A stretch of DNA of 64,000 nucleotides, from positions 32,001-96,000 of the forward strand of contig JAKFBS010000008.1 in NCBI GenBank assembly GCA_036677065.1. Direction: 5' to 3'. Made by a program: the position numbers and the translations under genes. Below the pieces are notes generated by a model. That model saw nothing but the letters and a program-made list of their open reading frames with translations, made no database searches and was not told the DNA's origin. The first letter of the stretch is position 1. Every line of letters begins with the position of its first letter. Positions 17,458-27,090 of this stretch are shown in pieces. This DNA comes from Bdellovibrio sp. (GTDB lineage: Bacteria; Bdellovibrionota; Bdellovibrionia; Bdellovibrionales; Bdellovibrionaceae).

Positions 17458-19923
17458 ATGGAACAACTCGAACTCTATGCTTATACAACCGAAGAATACA
17501 TAAAAAAGGGTTGGATTAAGGTAGGTCATACAAAAGTCGGTGAAGAGCGGATTTGGAATCAGTTTGGGACATCCAATCCGGAGAATCCCGACTACCAAAT
17601 GATTGGCCTACTTACAGAGGGCTTTCGGGATCACCATATTCATGCTCAACTAATAAAAAATGGTTGTAAGAAAATCGAGAATGTACCAGGCCAAGAGTGG
17701 TTTGAAGCAAAAAATAAAAGTGATCCATTTAAAGATGTCCGCAGGGCTTATAACGAAATTGTAAATGGAAGCTCAAGAACTGAACACTACAAACTTCGCA
17801 AAGAACAATTGGGAGCCATAGATAAAGCAAGTAAATGGTTTAGTAAAGAATATCCCGCTGAAGTTATCGGTTCAGCGACACACTCGAATCGATTTTTAAT
17901 CAATGCTAAGATGAGATTTGGTAAGTGCTTTACCAGCATTCATTTAGCGAAAAGAATTAATGCGCGTAATACATTGATCGTCACCTATAAGCCCGATGTA
18001 ATTGGCGAATGGATTGATACCGTCAATGAACAGGTCGATTTTAATGATTGGACTGGAATTCGAGCAAAGCACAAACCGGACAGGCCCGCTGATCCAAGCT
18101 TAAATGAAGACGGCGAATTCCCACGAACAAGTGGACCCATAGTTTTGTGTGTTTCTTTGCAAGATCTTTGGATTGACGAAGATGGAAATACAAAAGATCG
18201 ACTTCATAAAATTTTAGAAATCGCGTGGGATCTAGTCATTTTTGACGAGGTTCATTATGGAAGTCGTACCGAGCGAGCTAAAAGTATTCTTGAAAAAATA
18301 GTAGGATCAACGACACATCGACTTGATTTGTCAGGAACGCCTTTTAGACTTATTGAGCAAGACGATTTTTCATCTCAGCAAGTTTACACATATAGCTACC
18401 TTGATGAGCAAAAAAATAAAAAAGCAGAGGTTGAAACTGACCCGCAGGAGCTTGGCGAAAAGGTGTATCGACTTATGCCTGACCTCAACATTTCGGCTAT
18501 TGAAATTACAGACGAAGACATTGCTGAACAGCGGGAGACATTCACTACGGACGATATTGATTTTTCTCTAAATAGGCTTTTTGAAACTAATGAAGAGGGA
18601 AAGTTCGTTTATGAAACCGCAGTTGATCACTTTATTGAGGGATTAACAAAGTCAGGACATGAAGCTCGCTCAATCAGCGTATTTGGAAAGCTTGGTTCTC
18701 AACTTGGATGCCCGGGATTAAAAAGGCATACTGTTTGGTGGATTAATCGTGTTGATTCAATCAAAGCGCTGATTGAAAAACTTGAGAATCACCACCACTT
18801 CTCAAAGTTTATTTTAATAAATGCTTCCGGAAGCGATGCTAAAAAATCTGATGACGATGACAAAATCATGGCCAAAGAAAAGTCATCAGTGCAGAAAGCT
18901 ATCAATTCAGCAAATGAAGATCCTACTAAACTAGGAACAATTACTTTCACTTGCGGAAGATTTCTTACTGGGGTCACTATCAGAGAGTGGGATAGTATCC
19001 TCATACTAAATGATATTCAGTCCGCGGAGTCTTATTATCAGGCGATATTTCGAGTTCAATCAGCATGGGTGAATGAAAAGGCAAAAGAGGTATTAAAGCC
19101 TAAAGCTTGGGTTTTCGATTTTGCGATAACTCGGTGTCTGCAAGTAACCTATGGCTGTGCGAGCAATATTGCCGATCAGGTTGATCAACAGGAAAGCTTC
19201 GAACAAAGGGTCGATATAAATAAAGACAATCTCGAAATTATAACTGAAGGTCTTTGCGACACTTTGAACATAAAGCGATTTTATGAAGGTAGCCTGGTCA
19301 GCACACCTACTACCGCTAAGGATATTTTTGAGGTTCTTAATCATGAGGGTTCTCGACTTGCTCTCGCTCGACGAATCACCTCAAATGTTTTAGTGAATTT
19401 TGGAAAATTAAAACTTTTGGAAGAATATCCTCACATACTCGAAATCCTTGAGAAAGTTAAAGGATATCGTACTAGTGAGTTTAGTGCCACAATTGAAGAC
19501 TTCGTGCAAATTGGAAGAGATGCGAGTGATTTAGAGCAAGTAAAAGCTGATCCCAATCTTACTCAAGATGAAAAAGAAAAAATTATCGAGGACTTTGCGG
19601 AAAAGGATCAAGACGAAGAAAGACAAACCAGAAAAAAATGGTATGCAACTCAGATTAAGCGACTCGCTATCTGTATGGCGGATTTCATCTATATGACCTA
19701 CGAACGAGAGTATAATATTGACGATGTCATCCAAACAAAATCTCCTCAGTTTTTTGAGGTAATGACCGGCATTTCCAAGAACGACTTTGTTGAACTTTGC
19801 GATAAGGGTTTTATGAATCGTTTCGCTCTCAATCGCATCGTTAGAGAGTTTCGAGATCAAGAAAACACTTCTATAAGTCCAGAAGAGTACATCCTTGAAA
19901 ATCTCAAAAAAATGGTTTCATAG
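17458..19923 (+). CDS. T5orf172/GIY-YIG-like nuclease fused to SF2 (ResIII-like) helicase
   Basis: N-terminal LYAY...WIKVGHT...ERI; AKMRFGKC Walker A variant, DEVH, LSGTP, GRFLTGV, Y.QAIFRVQ. Confidence 0.85.
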   Translation: MEQLELYAYTTEEYIKKGWIKVGHTKVGEERIWNQFGTSNPENPDYQMIGLLTEGFRDHHIHAQLIKNGCKKIENVPGQEWFEAKNKSDPFKDVRRAYNEIVNGSSRTEHYKLRKEQLGAIDKASKWFSKEYPAEVIGSATHSNRFLINAKMRFGKCFTSIHLAKRINARNTLIVTYKPDVIGEWIDTVNEQVDFNDWTGIRAKHKPDRPADPSLNEDGEFPRTSGPIVLCVSLQDLWIDEDGNTKDRLHKILEIAWDLVIFDEVHYGSRTERAKSILEKIVGSTTHRLDLSGTPFRLIEQDDFSSQQVYTYSYLDEQKNKKAEVETDPQELGEKVYRLMPDLNISAIEITDEDIAEQRETFTTDDIDFSLNRLFETNEEGKFVYETAVDHFIEGLTKSGHEARSISVFGKLGSQLGCPGLKRHTVWWINRVDSIKALIEKLENHHHFSKFILINASGSDAKKSDDDDKIMAKEKSSVQKAINSANEDPTKLGTITFTCGRFLTGVTIREWDSILILNDIQSAESYYQAIFRVQSAWVNEKAKEVLKPKAWVFDFAITRCLQVTYGCASNIADQVDQQESFEQRVDINKDNLEIITEGLCDTLNIKRFYEGSLVSTPTTAKDIFEVLNHEGSRLALARRITSNVLVNFGKLKLLEEYPHILEILEKVKGYRTSEFSATIEDFVQIGRDASDLEQVKADPNLTQDEKEKIIEDFAEKDQDEERQTRKKWYATQIKRLAICMADFIYMTYEREYNIDDVIQTKSPQFFEVMTGISKNDFVELCDKGFMNRFALNRIVREFRDQENTSISPEEYILENLKKMVS

Positions 19924-20031
19924 AACTTGGGGATATTTTAAATATCATTTGTGTAATCCAAAGGCTCTTGAGCTCGCACTGGATTTGAAAAAAAATATTC
20001 ACGCGGCGTTATCATTCTGCTTGTAGCGCAG

Positions 20032-20736
20032 CTATCGATTTATTTTGTACAAAGTATATTCGGGCTTCCACTGAGAGTAACTCTTTACGTTTATAAGCCA
20101 AAACTGAAGCTGATCAGTAATTATAGGAATTTTAAGTCTGAAATTATTTTGCTGATTGAGTTCGTTTGCAAACTTAGGGTGATCTCTAAAATTGGTTTCA
20201 ATCATCTCTAAATTATCACTAGCGTCCTCGCCAAACTCACTTAGTAAATTAGTAACTGGTACCTTTGTAAGTTTAACTAGTATTGGTGCGGGTGAAATAT
20301 CAAGCAAAGAGAAGATATGATGATATTTTTTGTACAGTGTCGTTCTAACCCCAGGAACATCTCGCCTTTCAAGTTCCCTCAATAAATCAATTGTGTAGGT
20401 CAATAACTCAGAACCATATTGCTTATCTATTGCATATTGAATTGCTGTTCTTTCTGACGGTGAAATATAGGTATCCCCATGCTGAAAATTCATACCACCT
20501 TTCGTAATTTTTTGATCTACCATTTTTCTAAAACTCACTTCGCGAATTACGAAAGTTTCAAAATCGCTAAGATGGATTTCACTTAGATTTAAAACTTCTT
20601 TAGCAATCTCAAGTATTTTCCAATCTGCTATCGGATTTCGCCCAGCTAATCCGTGATCAATAATACTATCTAAAAACAGACTTGAAGTGCCGTGGTATAG
20701 TGGGATGCTCAATAAACCATTTTCAATTATATTCAT
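20032..20736 (-). CDS. hypothetical protein with ADP-ribosyltransferase/KptA-like HGT motif
   Basis: LYHGTS...SI...GL and TYIS...A..YA. Confidence 0.5.
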   Translation of the reverse strand: MNIIENGLLSIPLYHGTSSLFLDSIIDHGLAGRNPIADWKILEIAKEVLNLSEIHLSDFETFVIREVSFRKMVDQKITKGGMNFQHGDTYISPSERTAIQYAIDKQYGSELLTYTIDLLRELERRDVPGVRTTLYKKYHHIFSLLDISPAPILVKLTKVPVTNLLSEFGEDASDNLEMIETNFRDHPKFANELNQQNNFRLKIPIITDQLQFWLINVKSYSQWKPEYTLYKINR

Positions 20737-20757
20737 ATGTCACCAAATAGTATATCA

Positions 20758-21753
20758 TCAGGCTGCATCTTCTGATTCACAATCAAACAATGATTTTTCA
20801 TCAGAAGTTCTTTTCCAGTTTGCACGTCCGTTAGTGGTCCGTCCCTTTACAACTGCTCCTGCCGCAGACGGTGATTTAAATTCCAAATCTCTAATTGTCT
20901 GAAATAGGTTTGGATTTGAAGCAGCTTTAACGGCATTTGAATTTACGATTTGTTTCCAAAGTTCGAAGTAGGAACTTTCTGGAAAACTATCAACAACTTC
21001 TTTTCGAATAAACGAACCGGCTTTTAATATGAACGAACCGTTATCTACTACCATTGTTGCTTTTTCGCCGTTTATGCACGTTTCACGTGGCAGGTTCATG
21101 TAAAATTCCATTCCATGGGTGACGTCGTAGTTTTTCTTGAAGTGATTGGGCGACTCACTTACTTCGGTTACGTTTTCTGAAATTGCAATTACATTGAATA
21201 ATCCAAGTCCGAGAGTTTCTAACGTGAAAATCATGTTACTAGCGAATTCTTCCATGGCACACATATCGGGCTCAGGTAATTTCGATCCAGGCGGAACTCC
21301 TTCATTCATTACTTTCAAAGTAGAAACTGATTGATTTGCGAGTTGATACATTTTGCTCTCAAGATATCGAACATGTGCTTTTGTTAAATCTCTACTTAAA
21401 AACACAATGAATGTATCCCACCAGTCTTTACTAGTGTGTTGATTCATTCTTTGTGACACCGTATCTGTTTCTCCAATATAAATATCTGTTAGTCCAGATT
21501 CTTCATTAGTACGAAGTAAAAAATAAATGCCGGTCTCAGTAAGCTCAGGAATATCTCTTAACTGTTTGAGATGGCTACGATTTCCTGTAAAAGCTTTACC
21601 GCTCCAATTAACCATTTCAATACTTCTAAGTGATCTTGGTGTATTTCCACGAACGTAAATTTTGATAATTTTCCCAGTTAAACTCATAGTGCCCATTTCG
21701 GAGTTTTTAGGCACGTTATTTAAAATAACGTAGTCCCTTGCGTATTTTATCAT
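20758..21753 (-). CDS. GIY-YIG nuclease with DUF4357-like C-terminus
   Basis: GIYFL...IYIGETD...R..QH..KDWW; C-terminal F.SPSAA..VV.GR..NG...WK; true start probably 21696 or 21687. Confidence 0.85.
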   Translation of the reverse strand: MIKYARDYVILNNVPKNSEMGTMSLTGKIIKIYVRGNTPRSLRSIEMVNWSGKAFTGNRSHLKQLRDIPELTETGIYFLLRTNEESGLTDIYIGETDTVSQRMNQHTSKDWWDTFIVFLSRDLTKAHVRYLESKMYQLANQSVSTLKVMNEGVPPGSKLPEPDMCAMEEFASNMIFTLETLGLGLFNVIAISENVTEVSESPNHFKKNYDVTHGMEFYMNLPRETCINGEKATMVVDNGSFILKAGSFIRKEVVDSFPESSYFELWKQIVNSNAVKAASNPNLFQTIRDLEFKSPSAAGAVVKGRTTNGRANWKRTSDEKSLFDCESEDAA

Positions 21754-21815
21754 TTCGAGACGTCATAATGCATTTTAACGATATTATTTTTTGCTGACAG
21801 CTATTTCGTTTATAA

Positions 21816-22241
21816 TTGAATGTTAGTGCTCGCATCAGTCGGGTTGAGAGGGTATGCATTATGGTTAGTTCTTTTTTTAATACAGTTAAACACTTTTCTC
21901 AGAATAAAATTAACGAAGTGAAAAGATATTTTTCTTCAGATCTATTCGAAGATGATTTAGATTTTTTAATAATTAATTTACAAATGTTTGATGTGGATTT
22001 AGAAGTCCCAGATTTTTCAAAACTAAATAAGCGAAAGCGAATAAATAGAAAAATAAAATTAGTTCAATCTAGCTTCAACCGGTTAAACATCACTTACGGA
22101 ACTATAGGCTTCGTACTAGGGGCAAAATTCGGTGGACCTAAAGTAGCTGGCATCGGCGCTTTGTTAGGTAGTGGAATCTTTGCTACTTGTTTGATCGCCA
22201 CACTAATGAATAAACATGAACTGGAAATTGTACCTGTTTAA
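21816..22241 (+). CDS. hypothetical protein with C-terminal glycine-zipper membrane segment
   Basis: GFVLGAKFGGPKVAGIGALLGSG; start uncertain. Confidence 0.45.
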   Translation: MNVSARISRVERVCIMVSSFFNTVKHFSQNKINEVKRYFSSDLFEDDLDFLIINLQMFDVDLEVPDFSKLNKRKRINRKIKLVQSSFNRLNITYGTIGFVLGAKFGGPKVAGIGALLGSGIFATCLIATLMNKHELEIVPV

Positions 22242-22282
22242 AAAAAATTGCTCGGGCACGCGAATCCAATCCCAAAAACCTA

Positions 22283-22600
22283 CTACTCCCCAAAATCCCC
22301 ATCATCCCGCGGATCATACCCATCATCACCACGACGAACAGGTCCAACCCAACCCTCAGGTGCGCCACCAAAGCGCCAGTAATACAATTCCTCAACCTCA
22401 AGGCGAGCCCATTCCATCTTACGCAAAAAAATCAAACTAGATTTCAAACTGGGGTTCTCGTTAAAACAACGAATATAAATCTTCTGACCAAGTTCAGACC
22501 AACCATACTCTTCAACAAGATCGCGAACCATCTTTTCTAAAGTAATACTAGCAGCAGGATATTTGTTATTGCGAGGTTTAGGTAATTTACGGTCGTTCAT
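22283..22600 (-). CDS. VF530/DUF2132 family DNA-binding protein
   Basis: TLEKMV..LV..YGW.ELG..I.IRCF...PS.KSSL.FLRK..WAR..VE.LY. Confidence 0.85.
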   Translation of the reverse strand: MNDRKLPKPRNNKYPAASITLEKMVRDLVEEYGWSELGQKIYIRCFNENPSLKSSLIFLRKMEWARLEVEELYYWRFGGAPEGWVGPVRRGDDGYDPRDDGDFGE

Positions 22601-22627
22601 TGTTAAACCTGAAAAAGAAGAAAAATT

Positions 22628-22703
22628 TGGATGGGGTAGGAGGACTTGAACCTCCGAATGATAGAATCAAAATCTATTGCCTTACCAACTTGGCGATACC
22701 CCA
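22628..22703 (-). tRNA. tRNA-Gln (anticodon TTG)
   Basis: TGGGGTATCGCCAAGTTGGTAAGGCA-ATAGA-TT-TTG-AT-TCTAT...GGTTCAAGTCC...TACCCCA-T-CCA; full cloverleaf with encoded CCA. Confidence 0.97.
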
Positions 22704-22978
22704 ACTGTCGAATGACGTGATCCACAAGTTAAATAAAAACAGCAGGTAACGCAAGAAAAAATAAAGCCCAAACTTAACTGAATAAGCTTGGGCTGGGTGT
22801 TCTATGGGGTGTATCTGGAAAGTTTATTGAGCAGGGTCTTTCTTTTTACTTGTGTCTTCACGAGGTGCTATAATTCTGACCACATCTAAACTTGGAATTC
22901 TCCCCCTATTGCATGCCTATCGGGCGACTTTAGTAACTCGGGCTTTCACCCAAGAGACTGACGAACCTTGCGGAACGC

Positions 22979-23299
22979 TTAATCATCACCTTGATAGGTA
23001 TGCGGAGTTTTCTGCCGTTTTAATGTCGTCAGAGTTTCTCCCATAGAACGTAGCTCATTTTCATAAGCCTCAAATACTAAATTTTCAATCGTTTCTCGGG
23101 TTTCTTGATTTAACGGATGCGCTATATCACGAAACTGGCCATCTTTACGCTTTTTGCTGGGCATGGCCACGAATAAGCCGCCGGGCCCTTGGATGACCTT
23201 TAGATCACGTACAACGAAACAATTTTCGATGGTGATCGTTACGTATGCCTTTAATCGATCCTCGTTAACCGGAAAGATTTTTACTTCTGTGATTTTCAT
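22979..23299 (-). CDS. spoVG: SpoVG family nucleic-acid-binding regulator
   Basis: MKITEVK...LKA...CFVVRDLKVI.G..GLFVAMPS......FRDIAHP; start moved to 23299. Confidence 0.95.
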   Translation of the reverse strand: MKITEVKIFPVNEDRLKAYVTITIENCFVVRDLKVIQGPGGLFVAMPSKKRKDGQFRDIAHPLNQETRETIENLVFEAYENELRSMGETLTTLKRQKTPHTYQGDD

Positions 23300-23501
23300 G
23301 GTGCCCTTCTTTAAGCCGTATTTCGCCGTGTTGGCTTGCGCCTTCATGACTTACTGTATCTACGTCTAGTATCGGGACCATGGTCTTGAGACTTTAAAAA
23401 AAATTACGCACTGAGATGAAAAAAAATCGCCAAAGTGTTTAGTCGTCTAAAACTTAAACACTTTGAGACAGTTTGTGGGTTACATAATTTTTATTGAGGA
23501 A

Positions 23502-24965
23502 TTATTTAAGATCGAAAGTGATCGCCGTAATACCACGGCCGCGGGCTACACGAATCGTGTTCGTGCCTTTTTTAATCGCCTTAATCGCTTGATCGGCGCT
23601 GGTCGGTTCAGTTTTATTAATCCCCAAAATCACATCACCCACACGAAGGCCAATGGCACTGGCAATAGAGCCACGATCAATCCAAGTGATCATCGGGTTT
23701 TTTACAGACGGCTCTAAGTTATAATCCTGTCGTAAAGCCTCAGTCATATCTGAAATTTTAACCCCGAAATTATACGGAGTATTGGTATTCGTCGAAGCTT
23801 TCGGGGCATCTTGTGGTTCGCTGTCTTGTTTTTGAAAAAGACTTAACAGTTTTTTCTCAGACGGGCGCTCATCAGCTGTTACATCAAAGTTCAAATTTTT
23901 ATCATTACGTAAAACTTTAAACTTAGCTTTTTTACCCGGTTCAAGATCGGCGATCGTGTTCATTAAATCTTGCGCGTCGCGAATTTTTTTACCGTTAATT
24001 TCTTGAATGATATCGTAAACTTTCATTCCCGCTTTTTTAGCTGGGCCGTTGCCTAAACCTAAAATCGCGCCGCCACGATATTCATCTAACCCCATCGCTA
24101 TGGCCGCACGGTAATCTAAATCACCTGGCTGAATGCCGATATAGCCTTTAGCTAACTGTTCGCCTTTTTCTAAAGCCGGAATAATTTTTTTAACTTCATC
24201 AATCGGAATCGCAAAACCAATGCCTTGGGCGCGCGCATCGATTGCCGAATTTACCCCGATCACAAAACCTTTGGCGTTGACCAGTGGGCCACCAGAATTA
24301 CCCGGGTTAATCGAAGCATCAGTTTGAATTAACGGAAATTTATTGATCTCGTTAATTGATCTGCCTTTTGACGAGATAATCCCTTTAGTCATTGAATGGC
24401 CGTGGCCGTAAGGGTTTCCGAACGCTGCAACCCATTCGCCGACTTGTGCATCTTCTGATGAGCCCATTGCAACCGCTGTTAATTTCACATCAGCTTTGAT
24501 TTTAATAAGAGCGATATCTGAACGATTATCGCGGCCGATCACTTCGGCTTTATAAGTTTTTTGATCGTTTTCGGCTAATTGCACTTCGACGATATCAGCA
24601 CCTTCAACCACGTGATTATTAGTTACGATTAAACCATCTTCGCGGATGATAAAGCCGGTTCCAAGGCCCATGCGGCGTGGTTTACCCGGTTGTTGCTGCT
24701 GTTGCATCGGTACGCCGTAGAATTGTTCTAACATTTCTAACATCGGGTCGCGGTACATGCGGCCGCGCGGAATCACAGAGGTTGAGATATTGACCACTGA
24801 AGGGTTTATCGCTTTGGCTAATTCAATAAAAAGATTTGCCGGCAGTGGTTCACCCAGTTTTAAAGCGGGTGGAGTTTTTTGAAAGGATTGCGCCGTGACG
24901 TTATGACCTTGAAATACAATGAATGCTGTTATTAGGGCTAATACAACTACAGTTAATCTTTTCAT
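23502..24965 (-). CDS. degP: Do/DegP/DegQ serine endoprotease with two PDZ domains
   Basis: TNNHVV, DIALIK, QTDASINPGNSGGPL. Confidence 0.9.
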   Translation of the reverse strand: MKRLTVVVLALITAFIVFQGHNVTAQSFQKTPPALKLGEPLPANLFIELAKAINPSVVNISTSVIPRGRMYRDPMLEMLEQFYGVPMQQQQQPGKPRRMGLGTGFIIREDGLIVTNNHVVEGADIVEVQLAENDQKTYKAEVIGRDNRSDIALIKIKADVKLTAVAMGSSEDAQVGEWVAAFGNPYGHGHSMTKGIISSKGRSINEINKFPLIQTDASINPGNSGGPLVNAKGFVIGVNSAIDARAQGIGFAIPIDEVKKIIPALEKGEQLAKGYIGIQPGDLDYRAAIAMGLDEYRGGAILGLGNGPAKKAGMKVYDIIQEINGKKIRDAQDLMNTIADLEPGKKAKFKVLRNDKNLNFDVTADERPSEKKLLSLFQKQDSEPQDAPKASTNTNTPYNFGVKISDMTEALRQDYNLEPSVKNPMITWIDRGSIASAIGLRVGDVILGINKTEPTSADQAIKAIKKGTNTIRVARGRGITAITFDLK

Positions 24966-24990
24966 AATACAGAGTCCTTTTTTGTTAGGC

Positions 24991-25239
24991 CTACTTTACA
25001 GAGATGAATTTATTTTTCAAATCTGTAATAACTGCGTCTAAGAAATTGGCTTCGTCGGCAGTTAAGTTATTTTTTGTTTTGTCTTTTAATAAAGATAATA
25101 AATCGATATTAAATCGGGCTAAAGGTTTATCGACTTCGGTTTTGCCAGTTTGTGGGTCTGCCTGCAAACCCATGGCCATAGCTGCTGATGAACCGATTGA
25201 CATAATTAATACGTTAAATGACGCTTCCATGTTTTCCAT
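24991..25239 (-). CDS. DUF1844 family protein
   Basis: A..MG...DP.TG...D...AR..ID.L..L..KT.NNL. Confidence 0.8.
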   Translation of the reverse strand: MENMEASFNVLIMSIGSSAAMAMGLQADPQTGKTEVDKPLARFNIDLLSLLKDKTKNNLTADEANFLDAVITDLKNKFISVK

Positions 25240-25248
25240 ATGATCCTT

Positions 25249-26007
25249 TTATATTCCTACGGCGTAACCTAAGAGATTTTTTTCTCTACTGGTAATGTTG
25301 GGGTGGAATTTTAAATTGTAAAGTTTAGGATTAATTTTTGATAAAATAGAGAAAAAATAAGTGCCTTCAAAAATTTTATCGTTATGCGATTGCAAGTAAT
25401 GCAGTTTATGTAAAAGCATTCCGAATTCAAAATGGCTGGCTTGTGAAACTGACAAAGCTTTGAGATCGGCTTTGTAAATTTCTTTAGATAACCCCAAAGC
25501 GTAAGCGATGGCGTTAAATAGCGGCGCCGATAATTTTTCTAAGGGAGCTAACGAAATATAAATTAACCCCAAAGTTTTTCGGGTTAATTTTGAATGCAGA
25601 AAACCATGGCTTAATAATAAATGGACGAATATTTTTTTCTCGTTCGCTGTAAGTTGTTCTAAAGTTTGGGCGTTTAAGAAAACAACTAATTGATTTGAAA
25701 ATTCGGGCCAGACCAGGGGCGGTGTTGGGCGGTCGGTCACAAACAGTCGAACTTCGCGAAAACCATAGGCCAGGGCGTGTTGTTTGAAAAGTCCAGTTAG
25801 TTTATGCGGATCGTTACCTAAGACTTCTTGAGCTTTGGTTCGTTCAATAAAGATTTGTAAGCCTCTGTGAAAGATTAGGTACAACAAAACTAAACATAAT
25901 AAAAATGCGACAAGCAGTCCGAGACGGCCACCAACTTGAAATCCGAGAATTAAAAAAATAAAACAACTGGCCGCACTGATAAGCCAGACTTGAGTCAGGG
26001 TCTTCAT
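25249..26007 (-). CDS. HtpX/M48-like membrane protein lacking HEXXH
   Basis: likely start MKTL (26007); 2 TM helices, AD..A and HP....R at HtpX-like positions; HLLLSH replaces HEXXH. Confidence 0.5.
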   Translation of the reverse strand: MKTLTQVWLISAASCFIFLILGFQVGGRLGLLVAFLLCLVLLYLIFHRGLQIFIERTKAQEVLGNDPHKLTGLFKQHALAYGFREVRLFVTDRPTPPLVWPEFSNQLVVFLNAQTLEQLTANEKKIFVHLLLSHGFLHSKLTRKTLGLIYISLAPLEKLSAPLFNAIAYALGLSKEIYKADLKALSVSQASHFEFGMLLHKLHYLQSHNDKIFEGTYFFSILSKINPKLYNLKFHPNITSREKNLLGYAVGI

Positions 26008-26082
26008 TCGATAATTTTTATGCGAGTTGAGGTTGAAATCAAGCCTATTTATGCCAAAATGTAAGCTCAACTTGGAGAGAGT

Positions 26083-27078
26083 ATGTCGAATATGGATGTT
26101 GCAGCACTGAATCAAGCCGTTAAAGAACAAAGTTTGTTCGTTATGCAGATGATGAACGAGATGAATAAAGTCGTCGTTGGTCAACGTGATATGATCGAAG
26201 GCATTGTGATCGGTTTATTAACCGGCGGTCATATTTTGTTAGAAGGTGTGCCGGGGTTAGCAAAAACCTTAACGATCTCAACCTTAGCGCAAACGATTTC
26301 ATTACATTTTCAGCGTATTCAATTTACGCCCGATCTTTTGCCGACTGATTTAATCGGTACCATGATGTTTAACCCAAAATCAGGCGAATTCACCGCGAAA
26401 AAAGGGCCGATCTTTGCCAATATCGTTTTAGCCGACGAAATCAATCGTGCGCCGGCGAAAGTGCAATCTGCACTTTTAGAAGCGATGGCCGAAAAACAAG
26501 TGACCATTGGTGATGTGTCTTACAAGTTAGATCAGCCGTTCTTAGTTATGGCGACACAAAATCCATTAGAGCAAGAAGGCACTTATCCATTGCCAGAAGC
26601 GCAAATGGATCGCTTCATGTTTAAGATTAATGTAACTTACCCAACCAAAGCTGAAGAATTAGAAATCGTAAACCGCATGGGAGTCAACGACCGCCCGGTG
26701 ATTCAAACTGTACTTTCAAAAGAGCAGTTAATCGCGACAATTAAAACAGTAGATCAAATTTACGTAGATCAAAAAGTGCGTAATTACATCGTTGATATCA
26801 TTATGGCGACACGTGAACCAAAACTTTACGGTTTAGGCCGATTAGAAAAGATCATCGCCGTCGGTGGTTCACCACGTGCTTCGTTATCGTTGATTCGCGC
26901 AGCCAAAGCGCACGCGTTCTTACGCGGCCGTGGATTTGTCACGGTCGAAGATATTAAATCAATTGTTTATAAAGTTTTACGTCACCGTTTAATTTTAACT
27001 TATGAAGCCGAAGCTGAAAATTTAAAACAAGACGATGTGATTAAAGAAGTTTTAGCTGCTGTCGAAGTATCTGCTTAA
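26083..27078 (+). CDS. moxR: MoxR family AAA ATPase
   Basis: LLEGVPGLAKT, RIQFTPDLLP, LADEINRAPAKVQSALLEAM, ATQNPLEQEGTYPLPEAQMDRF. Confidence 0.97.
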   Translation: MSNMDVAALNQAVKEQSLFVMQMMNEMNKVVVGQRDMIEGIVIGLLTGGHILLEGVPGLAKTLTISTLAQTISLHFQRIQFTPDLLPTDLIGTMMFNPKSGEFTAKKGPIFANIVLADEINRAPAKVQSALLEAMAEKQVTIGDVSYKLDQPFLVMATQNPLEQEGTYPLPEAQMDRFMFKINVTYPTKAEELEIVNRMGVNDRPVIQTVLSKEQLIATIKTVDQIYVDQKVRNYIVDIIMATREPKLYGLGRLEKIIAVGGSPRASLSLIRAAKAHAFLRGRGFVTVEDIKSIVYKVLRHRLILTYEAEAENLKQDDVIKEVLAAVEVSA

Positions 27079-27090
27079 TCTAGGACTCTA

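Noticed and set aside
22183..22440. ORFs 22216..22440(+) and 22183..22401(-)
   Set aside because: Low-complexity shadows overlapping the VF530 gene
22852..23046. 64-aa ORF antisense to the spoVG 3' end
   Set aside because: No SD or motif; overlaps spoVG
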